The position numbers and the translations under genes were made by a program. Shown here in pieces: positions 48,535-63,172 of a stretch of 64,000 nt of DNA (positions are counted from its first letter, which is position 1; each line of letters begins with the position of its first letter). The stretch lies in assembly GCA_016748015.1 (NCBI GenBank), contig JAAOMT010000129.1:1193650-1257649 (forward strand), in the 5' to 3' direction. Under the pieces are notes generated by a model. The model was not told the origin of the DNA, searched no databases, and saw only the letters and a list, made by a program, of their open reading frames with translations. The DNA comes from Geosiphon pyriformis uo1. Lineage: Eukaryota; Fungi; Glomeromycota.

Positions 48535-51500
48535 AAACTTCTTTCTCTCATTCATCCCAAAATTCCTAAAAAAGAGCCAAAATATTTTTTGAAAGAAGTT
48601 TTTTCTGTTTTTTATCATTCAGTTCACTAATTCTAAACTATTTGTGCTTGATTATGAGGCCACTATTGGCCCTAATATTGCAGTTCTAAACAAGTCTATT
48701 ATGAAGCCTGGCTTTAACATTGGTATTAAGTCTGTTGAGTCCAGAAAGAAGAGAAGAAGTGGTATTTTGGAGGATAATATGGGCAGTAGAAAACTCACTG
48801 CTGCTAAGGTGTCAAGTAGTCATTTTTGGGGTTTTGAAACTGGTGATACTACTGAATCTGATAGTGTGAATATGGAGGAGGAATGTTTAGTTGAGGAAAC
48901 CAGCTTTGATTATAGAGATGGTGGAGCTTTTGCTGAAGAGGAATTGGAACAAATACCTAAAAGTTTGAAAATTCTTACTAAGAGGGTGCTTGGGAAACCA
49001 CTGGAAAAAATTAACTTCTTGGATGATGATATTGATAATGTACTTTTGGACAAATCTGTGGTTTTTCCTTCTCTTTTGAAGAACTTGGTTGATGTTTCTG
49101 TCAGGAAGTCTTTTACTTTAGACATTAACTTAAATAATATTGTTGGGAAATCCACTCAAGAAAAGCTTGTGGTGGTCAAAAAACTATTTTCAAAAATCAA
49201 TGGTTTTGGGGGGGCCTTTACCCCCTCAAAATTTGCTGAGATTGTCAGAGCAATGTTTACTTCCCAGTTGAGTTTAATGAAAGCTACCAAGTTGGCTATT
49301 GATGTGAAAATCCTGGTGAACACCGATCTTAAAAAATCATCTGAGTATTTAGATTGGGCTGTAGTAAAAAAAATTTCTGTTGGAACATCGGTTGAGGCTG
49401 TGCATGCTGTGCATGCTGTGCTTTCTGAATTTGGAATAATTAAATCAGTCAAGATGTAACTAGTGAGCCTATGGCAAAAACAATCATCAAATTTGAAGAT
49501 CAGAATCAGGCTGATCTTTTGGCTTCCAGATGGTCCATTCTCATTGGGAAAAATGCTGTTCATGTGGCTAGGGCCGATTTTGATAAACAAACGTGGGACT
49601 CTAGGGATCTGCATAAGGCACTGCTTTATACTCTTCCTGTGGGAACTAATACTCATGATATCTGAGATTATATTGGCTCTGTGGGTGGGAAGACTTGTGT
49701 GATTGATCATTATCCAGTCACATATGCTCGAGCCAGATGTGTCACTGTTTGTTTTGGGTCAGCTGAATCATTGAATGCCATCATGAGTATCACTCTTGTA
49801 TTGAGAGGTGCTCATCTTTATTGGTCTCATCTTGGTTCTGCTGTGTGTGCAAAGTATAGTAAGGTAGGTCACACTTCTCTGAGCTGTGCTTTTGATGGAA
49901 AGATTTCTTTTGGTAGCTTGTTATATTGGTTTCTTTCAGATGCAGATAAAAGCAGACTGGCAGCCATTTATGCCAAACATCCAGCACCAGTTTCTTGTCC
50001 TGTTTCCTTTGGTGGTGTTTTATAAGCCAAGGTTGTTGCTAGGTTCTTCTTTCTCCCTCTCCCTGTTTAGAATGTTTTGTTGAATAATGGCTCCTCTTTG
50101 GAGATGGAGTCTACCTTGCATGTGTCTCTGGTGTTAAATAATAGATTTGCTGCTCTTGAGTGCAGTCTCATCAGCCTTGCAGAGTGCATGAATGAGCTGG
50201 CTAAGAGATTGGATGTACTTGGGCCAATGGTTTTCCAGCTTAGCCCTGGATGTCAACCATTGATAACCCTTTCATCACAGAATCAAGGGGCAGATATAGT
50301 AATAAGTAAAGGTTCAGGTGTAGCTACTGGTGGTAAGACTGTTGTGGAAGTGGTGAGTTTTGATCCTGTAGTTATATCAAAAATGAAGGAAACATTGAAC
50401 AATCTTTTAATCATGGTTATGAGCCTTTTAGTTAAAATAGACAATGCTGGTTCAGTTCTTGTTATTTATTCTTCTCAATGACGGATTTGATTTGGAAAAT
50501 TGCTACATGCAATGTTTAAAATATCAATGTCTCTGCTAAGCAGAAAAACATTGTTTATTGGCATAGGAAATCAGGAAATTTGGTCTCAATTGTTACAGAA
50601 ATGAAATTAAGATCTAGCTGTAGGCTGTAGATTAAGGATAGGTTTAATGGTATTTGGGTTTTCACTTCTGGTTTGGATGCAGGTTTTCTTGGTGCTGGTG
50701 TGGCCATAATCATGAACATCTCTCTAACTCATCATGTGTGTAAAATTTCTGAGGTGTCTGGTTGGCTCTTTTCTATCAAATTGCTTTTCAAAAATAAGCT
50801 GTTAGTGTCAATTTTGGGGCTTTATGCTGGTGCTTCCCTGGCTGTTCATTTTGCACAAGTAGGTAAGAGCAACTCTTTGATTGTGAGGGCTGTAAATAAG
50901 TCTTCTTTTGTCATCTTGGATGGTGATTTCAATGAGAATAGATCTCACAAATGTGCTAGTTTTAAGAAATGCTCTGATTTTGGTCTGGTCAATTCTTTGA
51001 ATGGGAGTTCATTCATGAGGGTACCAACATGAAGCAATTCTCAGGGTGTCTCAAAAACAATTAATTACATATTTGTTTCTTCAAGTTTGGCCAATGCAGT
51101 TGTGCATTGTGGTGTTTTGGATGTTAGTGAACATTTTGACACTGATCATCAAGCTGTTTCTGTGTCCATGAGTTTGGGTGGCTTGTTGAATATGCAGTTG
51201 AATTTTCTTTGCAAACAAGTGAATAAAGATTGTTGGAAGTTCAATTTTAAAATGCTGATAATACAATGTGGACTAGATTTAAGAATGCTTCAGCAGCTAA
51301 TGCTGCCATGTTCTCTGATGATTTTATTGCTTCTGAGCAATTCTAAGATTTGGATGCAATGTGGGATATTGTTCACAAGTCTGTTACATTATTAGCTAAC
51401 AAAATATCCAAAAAAAAAGATTTAAGGACTCTGGTTATATCTTTACCAAAGAATCTTTGAAGTTTTATAGATTAGAGCTTTTGGTTTCAAAAATTGTTAA

Positions 51501-54500
51501 GGCTTTTTGTGAAACTGATGTTGACAGTTTTGTTTCTCTTATGAGGTGTTGGTATTCTTTGAACCGTGCTAAGGCTTTGGTCATTCAGGATTTAGTGAAC
51601 TTTGGTGTGACTTTTGATCATGTTCGTTCAGCTCTCTGTGTTATCAGAAAATCTTATTACATGCTGAAATGTGTGGAATTTCTAAGAGCCAAGAAAGCAA
51701 ACATCAGATCTGCCATAGATAAAAGAATAGAGAGCTTTGAAACAAATAAGAGTCATACTATCAGAAGTGTATTGAAGTGTCAATTTTGCAAGGTGGTGCT
51801 TGACCATTTGGTTGTCAATGATGAGCTGGTTCTAGAGCCTGGTTTGGTTAAGTCTAAGGTAGACACAATTATGAAGGGTTGAACTCAGAAACATCAAACT
51901 ATTCCTAATGTTTCTAGTGAGTGGCATTATCAGTATCAGCCTTTGAAATATGTTTTTGATGGTGCTTTTTCTGGTGTGATGTGTGCAATTGGATTTGATG
52001 AATTTTTTGGGGTGGTGTCTAATCTGCCTAATGGCAAAGCTGCTGGTCTCTTGGATATCTCTAATGAACTTTGAAAGCATTGCAATAAATCTGTTCTGAA
52101 CATGCTCTTAGTACTTTTAAATTCATGTTTGGTTAATGAATTGGTGCCCAGTTTTTAGAAGAAGGCTTGGGTTTTGATGATTTCCAAACCTTATAAGTGG
52201 GAGGGCATTCTAACAAATACTCATCCCATTGCTTTGATTGAGACAGCTCACAAGATTTTTTCCAAGATTTTCTCTGATAGGATCTTCTCAGTTTGTAGTA
52301 CTTATGATGTTCTTCGTGGTGATAATTTTTCGGTTTTAAAGAGCATAACAACTCAATCTCCAATTTTTGTGATTGGTTTAGTCATTGAAGATGCTTTGGA
52401 GAAAGACTGAGAGCTTTGGCTAGTTCTGTAGGACATGTGGAAGGCATATGATTCAGTAGGCTGGGAACATCTTGAAAAAAGTTTAGTCAGGATTAAGATG
52501 TGTGACAGATTCATTTGATTTTTTGGTAGTATTCATAGAGATCATACCAACCAAGTTATGACAGACTTTGGTTTGATGGATGGTTATCATGTACATAATA
52601 GACTGGATCAAAGAGAGGTTTTCTCCTCTCTTTTGTGGCATATATTTTATGACCCTCTGTTGTGTGAAGTCAAATGTCAGAAGAGTGTATATGGGTATAG
52701 AATCAATTCTCACTTTATTTCTAGAAGTGGTTGTGCTGAATCTTGGACTGAGTTTTCTTCTTTTCTTGCTGTTGGCACCTTTGTTAACAATACAATTTGG
52801 GTTGGCAGCAGTCAGAATACTACCCAACACATTCTTGATGTTGTTAGTAAATTTTTTCGGATTAATAACATTTTGATCAATAATGACAAAACTGTGGCCA
52901 TTCCTATCAATAGCAGAGTTAGCCACTCATCTTTTTTTTATTAGTGGTTTACCCATTTCTGTAGTCCATAAAGGAGAATCTCATCAGTATCTTGGTATCT
53001 TTCTGTCAACTAAGGGTCTTTTTAAGCCTAATTTGGCTAAGGCACATTCAGACATTTGTTTCTTCACTAATTTGGTCTTGAAAAAGGCTGTTTTGGATAA
53101 ACAGTTCTTGTATCTGGTTTCAATAGTTCTCTATCCTATAGTTGGCTACAGAACACAGTTTAGCTTTGTTCTTATTAGTGTTTGCAACAAGTGGGATGCT
53201 TTGATTTGCAAGGACTTAAAGCTGAAATTTTGTTTCCCGCTTGATTTTCTTAGTGATACAATTCATCATCCTTTCTTTTATGGTTTGAAGTCCTTTTCAC
53301 AATATTAGTCTGAGAGTAAGATTACTTTACTTATCAGCTTCGCAAACTCTAATGGGATTCTAGGTTATTTGTTCAGCCACAGATCTCATGATTTGCAAGT
53401 TCTATGTTGGTGCCCCCTCCATCCGTTGAGTTTTTTTGTTTGTATTCATGTTAATGCTTCCAATAATTTTTTGTCAGGTATGGTTTGCATTCTTCATAAC
53501 TGCAATTTGTCTTTGAGTGGCTCTTTGGCCAGCTTTTTTTGACTTCATAATAAGGTCCCTATATCTATTGTTTTGGGCAAGTCTCTGTTTTTCAAGTTTT
53601 TGCCTTCTCTCTGGCATTATGACATAGTCTTTGTGGACCAGCTTCATGATTGTTATGATAATGTCTTTAACTGGTGCACTTTTAAATGGTGGAAGAAACT
53701 GGACCCTCGTGAGCCAGTTCTTAATTGGTTTAAGATCTCTGTTGCATTTCTCATTGGTTCATCCCCCGCTCTTCCAGCTTTAAGTAGTGTTGGCTCTTTA
53801 AACATTTGTGGGTTCAGTGATTTTGTGTCTATCTGCAATCATCTTTCTCAGGTTGGCCCTGATAGTTTGTCTGTTTATATGAATGGTTCTCTTAAGAGTT
53901 TGGGCACGATTGGGTGTCAGGCTGGTGCTGCTGCCTTTTTTGAGGACATTAATTTAGGTTTGGATGTCAGTGTTCACGGTTTGGTATCATCTACTTTGGC
54001 AGAGTTACAGATTATTGCCTTGGCCCTAGAGTGTGTACCCAGGTCTTGCTCTGTTTGCTTGTTTTCAGATAGTCAAGCTGCTTTGGATGCTTATAAATTA
54101 GAGCTAAATCTGATGCATCCTGACTTTTACAATTGGTGTTGGGTCGAGCATTGGCATATCAGTAATATTATTCGCAGCAAAAACTTAAAAGTCACCTGGT
54201 GCAAGGTTAAGAGCCACTCTGGCATTTTGGGGAATGACTGTGCCAACAGTTTCACTGACACTGCTTCTTTCTCTGAATGGTTTTTTTCTCCTTATATAGG
54301 TGAACATTTTTTGGTGGCCAATGGTGATACAGTCTCTGGTAATTCTAAGCACTTTGTTTGGAATGTGTTTTGTGCTGTCTGTCATGCACATTGAAAGATT
54401 GGTTCTGGTTCTGGTTTTCTGGCAAGTGATTTGCTTTCAGATGTTGATTGGCTCAGCTCTTCCCAGATATGGCATCCTGATTCACATATGGCTGCAGATT

Positions 54501-55292
54501 TTACCAGCAGGCATACTGCTGATACTCGTACTTACTTTATAAAGGCTTTGTACCATCAGCTTCCCATAGCTGTTTGAAAATACCTTTATGATAAGTGTTA
54601 TTCTAATGTTCTGTGCTTGTATTGTGGAAAAGTGAAGATGTCTAATCATGTGTTTTCTTGCATGATAAATATTTCTGCTTGTCACAAGATTTTGGAGTCC
54701 TGTGCATCCTTTTGGAAGGAACTTTCTAGTTATTTTCTTTTTCTTTTGAGTGTTTTGTAGCTGTTGTTGGCCTGTGCTTCGAATTTTTTGGTGTTCTCAG
54801 CTCTTTTTAAGAGTTTTGTTTTCAATAAGTAGTTTTTGGAGGCTATTTCTATCTTTCATGATCCCAAAATAGCTAAGATTAAAGTTGCTAAGTTTGTGCA
54901 CTCTCTTTGTTTTGCTTTCAGAGATGACATTTGGGTGGTTTATGCTAAACATCGCACTTTTATGGAAAAACATAGACTGATCTTAATAGATGGTTTTGCT
55001 TCTGTCTTGGTTTCTGGCTCAGCTTTGAAGTTTTTGGCTGGTGTGGTTAAATTGCTTGGGATTTCTAAGGCTTTTGGTGTTCATTTTGGCTTTCGCAAAC
55101 CTTGTTTGTTTTTTTCAGGTGTTGGTACCTTGGTTTTGGTTAATATAACTGCATAGTGTTGTTTTGACTAGTTCGAATGGCTGGTCACATGTAGTAAATA
55201 CATGATTCATACTTAATTTAGGTCATTTTTTTGATGTATAGTTCTAAGTGGTGTTTGGACTTCACTCATTAAGCATTAAAAAAAAAAAAAAA
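48535..55292 (+). mobile_element. Full-length LINE copy C (ORF1 about 48644-50481; ORF2 50478-55156), defective
   Basis: Same domain series as A and B (GDFN, TDH, QREVFS, FVNN, DSQAA, KVKSHSG..GN); poly-A at 55278-55292; possible degenerate TSD AACCAAA(A)TT. Confidence 0.93.
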
Positions 55293-56549
55293 CCAAATTA
55301 TTATTTTTTATTAAATAAATTAAAACTATTTTTAATAATATAGTTTTTGTTTATAATAAATGTTTTTTTATATTTAATAATAACAGTTTTTATATATAAA
55401 TACTTAACCAAATTAGACTTAATTAATTTATAAATTTTATAAATCTTTTTTTTACAAGTTAAAATTTGTTTTAGAATAAAATTATCAAAACTACAATTTA
55501 ATTATTTTAATTAAATTTAAATTATTTATTTAAAAAAGTATATAATTTGTTTTTATTTTTTAATCTAATTAAAAATTAAGTTTTTAAAACCAAGTTTTTT
55601 TTACTTCATAATTATTTTATTTTGGTTTTTTAATTTAATAAAAAACATTAAACTTAAAAAATTTTAATTATATTGATTAAAAAGTTGTTTAAAAAATTAA
55701 TGTTTAAAAAAATAAAATACTATAAAAAATTGATTAGTTATTATTTTAATATTTGTAAATTGAAAAATTTATTTTGAAAAAAGTCTTTTTAAAATGCTTT
55801 TATTATAATAAAACTGTTATTTTGTTTTTGGTTTTTAGTTTGTACTTAATTAAATATTTTTAAATTATATAATAATAAATAGTAAATTTATTTATTTCAA
55901 AAGTTTTTAAACAAATATGTTTTTGATTTTAAATTATTTATATTAAATTATTTATTTTTATTAATTTGTTTATTAATAAAACTTATTTAAAATTAATTAT
56001 TAACTATAAGCTAAAGAATTGTTAAAACTAAATAACAAAACTATTTATTTAAAATTATTTTTCTAAAAATCACATTTAAAAAACTTGATTTATTTATTAA
56101 CTTACATATTAATACAATTTATTAAACATAACTATAAAAGTAAAATAGTTATTTATGCTCAAATTTTATTCTGTTAATTTTATAAAAATATTACAACTTT
56201 TTTTACTATTTATAAACATAAAAAAAACTCTTAAAAATATTTAAAATATTTTCAATTAAAATATAATTATTTTTAATTCAAATTATGTTATTTATAAAAA
56301 AATTACTAATAGATAAAAATTATATTTATTTTGGTTTTTACTTTATTTATGTGTAAATTTTTATTTTTTTTAATTTATATCAAAAAATTATTAAAAAAAA
56401 TTTTGTTTTACTTTAATTATTATATTTAATTTAGTTATTAAAGTTTAAATTTTTTAATTAAATGATGTTTTAATAATTTTACAAAGGTTTTTTATAAAAA
56501 TTTTATTTATTATATTATTAAAAATTTTTAGACTTAAATAACTTAATAA

Positions 56550-57610
56550 TTTGTATTAAAAATTTTATATTGTCAGTATAGAATCCAATTTTTTCTTATA
56601 TGTTCAGTTTTTTATGATATATTATCCAAAATTAAAACAATGTTTTTATTATTTACCAAATAATTCAGTATAACTTTTTTAAAAAACTGATTTAACATAT
56701 TTTTTATAGTATGTATTTTGATTTTTTACAAATTTTTTATGTTTATTTATTTTATTTTTGATTTTAAATTGTTTTATATTCTTTATTTTTTTTATTTTTA
56801 AAGCATAATAAATTTTTTAAAGCTGGTAATTTTTATTTTTACAAAAAAGATTTCAATAACAACAAATTTACAACTTTTTTAACATTAAACTTTTTTCAAG
56901 AGTTCAAAATATTAACTACTTTGTACATATTGCCAATTTAAACAAATTAATCACCTTTAAAGCCAGTTTTTTAACTTATAAAATATATTAAAAAACTTAT
57001 TAATACTAAAAACAAAATCTTCAAAAAAGATTTTTTAAATATCAAATCAGAATTTTTTATAATAGACTCTATATTTTATTCTATTTTTTTTATATTTAGC
57101 TCTATTAAAATTTTCAAAAATATCAACAGCCATATTCAGTATTTTACTTTTGAAATTAGTTCAAGTATTCTTATCAGTATTTTTTATTGTAAATTTTTAT
57201 TAATTTTTATTGGCCTATTTATTTATTTTACAATTAATCAAATCACCCAAACTTATAAACATTAAGATTGCTCTGTGGTTTGTATCAAAAAACTCTTCAA
57301 TTTTGCAAATTTTAACTTTTATTACTGTTTTAGTTATATCTTTACTTAAAAACATATAATTAATAACTTTTCAAATGCTATTAAAATTCTGCCAAGTCTA
57401 ATTTCTAATCTCGGCCTTTCTAGTTAGAGCATTACAGAGTTCCAGATGTTTTAAATGTACTATATTTGCACAATATCCATTTTTATCTTCATTAAAATTA
57501 TCACTCACCACCACATAAGTACCTTTATTCAAAGATTTAGTTATAATGTCATTGATATTTTCAGCTTAAGCCACTCTGTTCTTAATAAATGCCTTTGCAT
57601 AAAGACCATC
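56550..57610 (-). mobile_element. LINE ORF2 relic (copy F) fading leftward into an A/T desert that runs to about 55300
   Basis: Minus-strand GLYAKA..INDIITKSLNKGTYVVVSDNFNED..TWQN..KVINYMF..EEFFDTNHRAI..SLGDL is an APE domain (57220-57610). IIKN*TYK near 56600-56625 matches IMKG*TRK of the intact copies. Confidence 0.8.
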
Positions 57611-58139
57611 GAAATTTTAGATTTTTATTTGTAACAGTATGTAATAAAAAAGAAATAAAATATTTATATGTTTGAAATTTATAATTTGATAAATTTTATT
57701 GCCAGATATAAATTTAAAAAATTATCATCATTAAATAAAACGAAATAAAGGTTAATATTTAGCATTGATTATTTTCATAATATTTATTTATTAATCTGTT
57801 GAGAGGAAAAGATACTTACTAATGATAAAAAGATGTACTAAAACCTGTTTTTAATATGGTTAATAATTTGTATATATTTGCATTATGTAAATGTTTTAGC
57901 TGACCAATTTACAAAAGTATTCTTACGTGGTAAACATTCATGCATAGACAGGCTTTTGCCGGTAGAGAAAGGATATTAAATGACTGGGATTCTAGCTTAT
58001 GGAGTTTTGGATTTAGACCTATTTTTTAAACTTTAGGCAAAGCTATACTTTTGGTTTTATTAAAAAACGCACTCAATCTCAATATCTTTTGCTCAACAAA
58101 AAATTAAAAATTTTACTCTTGGGATCTTTATATGTTTTT

Positions 58140-58930
58140 TGGAAAGATGGGCTTTATGCATCAGAACTATCAAAGAACATCTCCGATAACTAACCGAAAA
58201 TTTTGGAATAATCCAGGTTTAAGAAGTTGAGGTGTTTTTTTTCACATGTTCAGAAGAAAAATTTTATTTAGAAGTATTATTTAAAAAGATAATTTTGTTT
58301 TTTTTGGGGGAAATATAATTTCAAGGATTGGATTTTCTTTTTGACTTTCCAAAACTGGGAATGGCGTAAAATTTGAAGAGCAATTGTGAACAATGGGATC
58401 ATGTTTTTCTGGGAATATCAAGTGTTAAGAGTGAACTCCTTTATTGACGCCAAGTTTTTATTCTTTTTATTCATAATTTTCTTAAACAAAAAAAGAGAGA
58501 ACATCAAATGAAAGATCTCCAAAGTATATTAGTTGGGAATTATTATCATGAGTAATTAGAATTATCAATAAATCTATTTCTCTTTGAGCCTATTTTTTAC
58601 CCACTCTTGCTCCGTAAAAGAAATAATTTTAATGCTAAATTTAGAAAATTGAATTTCTGGGTTGTAAGTCTTTTTCTGTGTTTCTTTTTTTGAATTAATA
58701 AATTATTACTGATATTTTTTCCCTTTGTCAAAATAAGAACATATATTGATGTGAACTGGTCTCAATTTCAAACTACTCAAATGCAATTGTGCCAGACAAC
58801 TCCAATATGCTATCTTATTGAGTCTTGAATAAAAGTACTAATTTCTAGATAAGCATTCAAGATCACAAGAGGCTCATTAGATTGAAATTAAAAGCCATCA
58901 CTTCTTCAATAAAATAGATTTGGAATGATG
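58140..58930 (+). pseudogene. Very degraded AGC-type Ser/Thr kinase pseudogene (tentative)
   Basis: Fragments LYASEL (about 58153), FDFSKTG (about 58340) and EIKSHHFFNKID(W) (58884-58919) in kinase order; no long ORF. Confidence 0.4.
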
Positions 58931-60960
58931 CCTTTTGGTAATTCTTCCCCTTCAAAGTTTTAAAAAAAGTCAGATTTATTAAAAATTTTCCAAAGGGTTC
59001 TTGTGAATTTTCTCAATGAATATCATTCGTAACTACAGTTGAAATTCGTCGCTGCCATTTTCGAAGAAGCTCAAGATTTAAAAGCCAATAATTAAAAATG
59101 TCGATTCTATCCTTTTATAGTGTTTTAAATGGTTATATTTCAATTCACAGTTATAGATTTTTGGAAAAGGGATTCAAACAATAACAAACATGTCTATCTG
59201 AACACTTGGGATGAATTAAATTAGGCAGTTGATCACAACCCAACTTTTAAAAGATACATCACACAACTGTGTCATGTTAAAAATTTCCGGAGGACTTCAT
59301 TTTAAATCCATCTCATGACAACTTTGAATTCGATTTGGAAGTTAAATGCATTATTGTATGCAAACATTCATGCAACATACATGTATTTTCAGCAAACAAA
59401 TGATTTGTTAATCAAAACTAACACATGATCATTATTTTTGAAATTCAAAATGAGAAAATTTGAAGACTTTGAAATTCGAATAATTGATTTTGAAAATAAG
59501 TTTAAAATTTTTTTGACAATATATATAAAATTAAAATTAAAATTAAAATTAAATTATATTATATTTTGAATTAATAATTAATATTGGATTTAATATAATT
59601 ATTATATTTTATTATACTTATGATATTTAAACAGAAAAAGATCAATTACACACAAAATAAAAATAAAAGTTTCATTTTTTTCATTTATAAATTATCATAA
59701 ATTTTAAAAATTATTTAGATTTATATACATTATTATTCATAAAAACAAAACATTATTATATTAAAAATTCACATATCTAATCAGGAATTAACAAATAAAA
59801 TGATTTTAATTTTTTTAAATCTTATCAGTTATAATGATTGATTAATTAATACATCTCAGTTCATCAAAGATATATTTGCGTATCACTAGATTTATTCATG
59901 ATCTAGTAAATTTCTTAACCCCCTTTTCTTGTGCATATCTAACTGATCAAACTTTAAAAAAGATCTCATTTTTCAATTGTTTAAAATCATTTCAATATTA
60001 TGAATCAAAATTTCATTCTGCTAAGTGTCACGTTTTCTAATAATTAAGAGCATATATAAATGTTAATGGAGGAATGAAAAGAAAAAACTGAACCAACATG
60101 ATCAATTTTTCCAAATTCTTTTTTAATTGAACAAAGATCCGTTTTTATATATTGTAACTTTATTACGAGAACTACATATCTCGATGATGCCATACAAATG
60201 AAGATCGCAGGTCACATTTAGATTTGTCAATATGCAGATTGATTTTTCAACCCTGGAAGGATTTTTAATTTTGTCAAAAACGTAACATTGACGTAGTCAT
60301 ACATTCTAGAAAGTTTTTTTTTTTTTTTTTACCTAAATATAATATACCCGAAGCGATAATGTGGAGAAACAAAAGATTAAGATTTTGATAAAAACTTTTT
60401 CAAAGCATCTTTTTTTTATGTGCATTTGAATATATCTCGAAATTATCCATCTGAAACATGAGTTCATATGTTTTGCCGATATTTGCCTACTTTTATGAGG
60501 TCTTCATAGTATTTATCTTTGACACTTGTTATTTCCAAATCTTTTCGTGTAACTTTTCATCAAAATAGATGTTCTTAGATTAATCAACCATCATCTCAAC
60601 ATTTAACCATACGAAATTAAAACAAAATATCTGGAAAATATCAAGGTCTTTGCCACTTCATGTTTTATCCTAGATTCATTCTCCCCCAACTATTATTCAA
60701 TGTATCGTTTGCCTTTTGAAAATGCAGAAATTTAATAATTTTTTTTGAATCCTGAATCCTGAATCCCAAAATAAATTAGACCCTGGGATTTCCCGATGTC
60801 AATAAAATAATAATAAGACGCCCAACTCAACAATCATAGCTTTTTTTCAATCGTTTTCTGAATAAATAGTCAGTTTTAACGTCGATTCTTTAGGATCTTT
60901 TGATCGGTTCTAATATTAAACCTTGAGAAGTTGCAACAGTTACTTTTATTTTAATCAAAA

Positions 60961-63172
60961 ATGTCGGCAGAAGAACGGGACGATATTTTATCACCTATAG
61001 ATATCCCTGCCTCTCATTCGCTTAGACGAAGAGGATTGGGGAGAACTAATGGTGGCCTAGCGTCCAGTATTTCGAACCTTGGTAATACTCTGCAATCATG
61101 GACGGGAAATTACAGCCATACTGTCAGGTGAATATTCGGCGTTAAGCAACGTTGTTAATCCTAATGCCAGGGGAGTTTAACCCTTTGTTTTCCAATTTTT
61201 TCTTCCTTAGTACCTACATTTCCAACAATATTTCGGTACCTGCCTCGTTAGTAGCAGAATCCGTTCTTCAAAATGAAGACTTTGGACAACCTGGCTTCGG
61301 ACAAGACTCGAGTCACGTATCCTACCAAGGCCACCCTCAACACATACCCTATATGTCGCCACCTATTAGTATTCCGCGTGGTTTCTATGGTTCTCTATTG
61401 TCGCCAATAAGTGGTAGTCCTCAAAATTCGGAATATGGCACCCCTTCTTACTTCTCCGGTCACACCGTAGGTCACAAGTTCATCGATGAGACTGTCCCGC
61501 TCACTAGAACTCTAACCAAGTACGTGTGACCTCAACATCTCAATTACGGTATCCTCAACATCTCAATTACGGTATCATCATCATCCTAACCACCCATGAT
61601 CCTTCCCAAATTAGAGCTTCACTTGCATCGATACCAGTATCGGTGGTACAAGATATCCATGGTATATCAGTTCACATTGGATCAACATTTCGCCAATCGA
61701 TTTTCAATTCTTGTAACATTTTGATCGGGATCGGCATTCTCGCCTTACCATTGGGTTTCCGGTTTGCCGGTTGGGCGATCGGATTGTCACTTTTCGCGTT
61801 TTGTCTAGTTGTTACCAATTACACAGCGAAGGTTTTGGCAAAATGTTTAGATTACGATGAAGGACTTCACACCTATGCTGACATGGGTTGGTATATATTA
61901 AGAGAACGATGGATTTTTCAAAATAATCTTAGCTAAAAAAATTCTCTTTAATCAACAAAGGTGCTATCGCTTATGGGGAGGGCGCGCGACTTTTCATCTC
62001 TTGTTTATTTTCTTTGGAACTGATTGCTTCTTCAACAGCTTTGATAATTTTAGTCGGTGACTCTCTTGAAACGATATATCCAGATGTTTCTATTATTACA
62101 TTAAAAGTCATCGGATGGATAGTGATGACCCCATTGACCTTCATGGCTATTCGATACCTGTCCTATTTTTCTTTACTGGGCATCTTCTCTGCTTTCACAT
62201 TGGTCAGCGTCATGATCTATGATGGTTTGACAAAACTTGAGAAACCCGGTAGTTTAATTGACCCTGAAGAAACGCAATTACTGCCACCATCTTGGACAAC
62301 CCTCCCAATGAGTTTTGGATTGATTATGGCCGGTTTTACAGGTAAAAATTAGGGAAACCTTTCAAGGGTTTAAATGGATGATTTTTTGGTTCTTTGTAAA
62401 CTGCTTGCTTCGTGGCCAGATAATGGATTTTATCAAGAAATTATTGTTTTCTATATTGACCTTAGAATCTTGTTTTCTTAAATAGGACACGCTGTTTTTC
62501 CAACAGTTTATCGGGATATGGACAACCCAAAAGAATATCCGAGGATGGTCAATTTAACGTATGCTATGACTACCACCGTATATTTGGTGATGGCCGTTGG
62601 TGGTTATCTAATGTTTGGGAATGAGACATTGCAAGAGGTGAGAAAATTATTTGGCAATTCTATTTTTTGCTCAAGTAAGACTAATTTTGATGATTCCGTT
62701 ATAGATAACTCAAAATATAATGATGACAAAGGGCTACAACGTTTTTCTTAACCAAATTGTGATTTGGTTGGTGGCCATCAACCCTATAGCCAAATACGCC
62801 CTCACCTTAAATCCGATAAATCTCACCCTTGAAATATATTACAGTTCGGTTGCTGCTGTCGAAAATTGGGCTCATCGGGGTCGTGGCCGACGAACGGGTC
62901 TCATTTTTTTCTCACGGTTTTTGATTTCCACAATAGTATTGATCATCGCCATCCAGTTTCCCGGATTCGATCGCGTGATGGGCGTTTTAGGGTCATTTTT
63001 CTCATTCACTATTTCGGCTATTTTCCCATGCTGCTGTCATTTGAGACTTTATGGTCGGGAATTGTCGAAAAAAGAGAAGCTACTCAATTGGGGGATTATT
63101 ATTATTTGTACAGTATTGGCTACGTTCGGAACAATATGGGCTTTTTTACCGAGAACAGACCTGGGATTATAA
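60961..63172 (+). CDS. AVT1: Vacuolar amino-acid transporter (Aa_trans/AAAP family, AVT1-like), 5 exons
   Basis: STFRQSIFNSCNILIGIGILALPLGFRFAGW; TYADMG; FGLIMAGFT/GHAVFPTVYRDM; GYLMFG; NPIAKYALTLNP; PGFDRVMGVLGS. Introns are canonical. Confidence 0.92.
61530..61575. repeat. Perfect 23-bp tandem duplication inside AVT1 intron 2 (61520-61614)
   Basis: CCTCAACATCTCAATTACGGTAT x2. Confidence 0.95.

Noticed and set aside
20274-55156. Many TGA codons at Trp positions in LINE and Gypsy ORFs as an alternative genetic code
   Set aside because: They come with TAG/TAA stops, frameshifts and CpG loss, and are explained by G>A/C>T decay, unlike the 6.8-7.3 kb segment.
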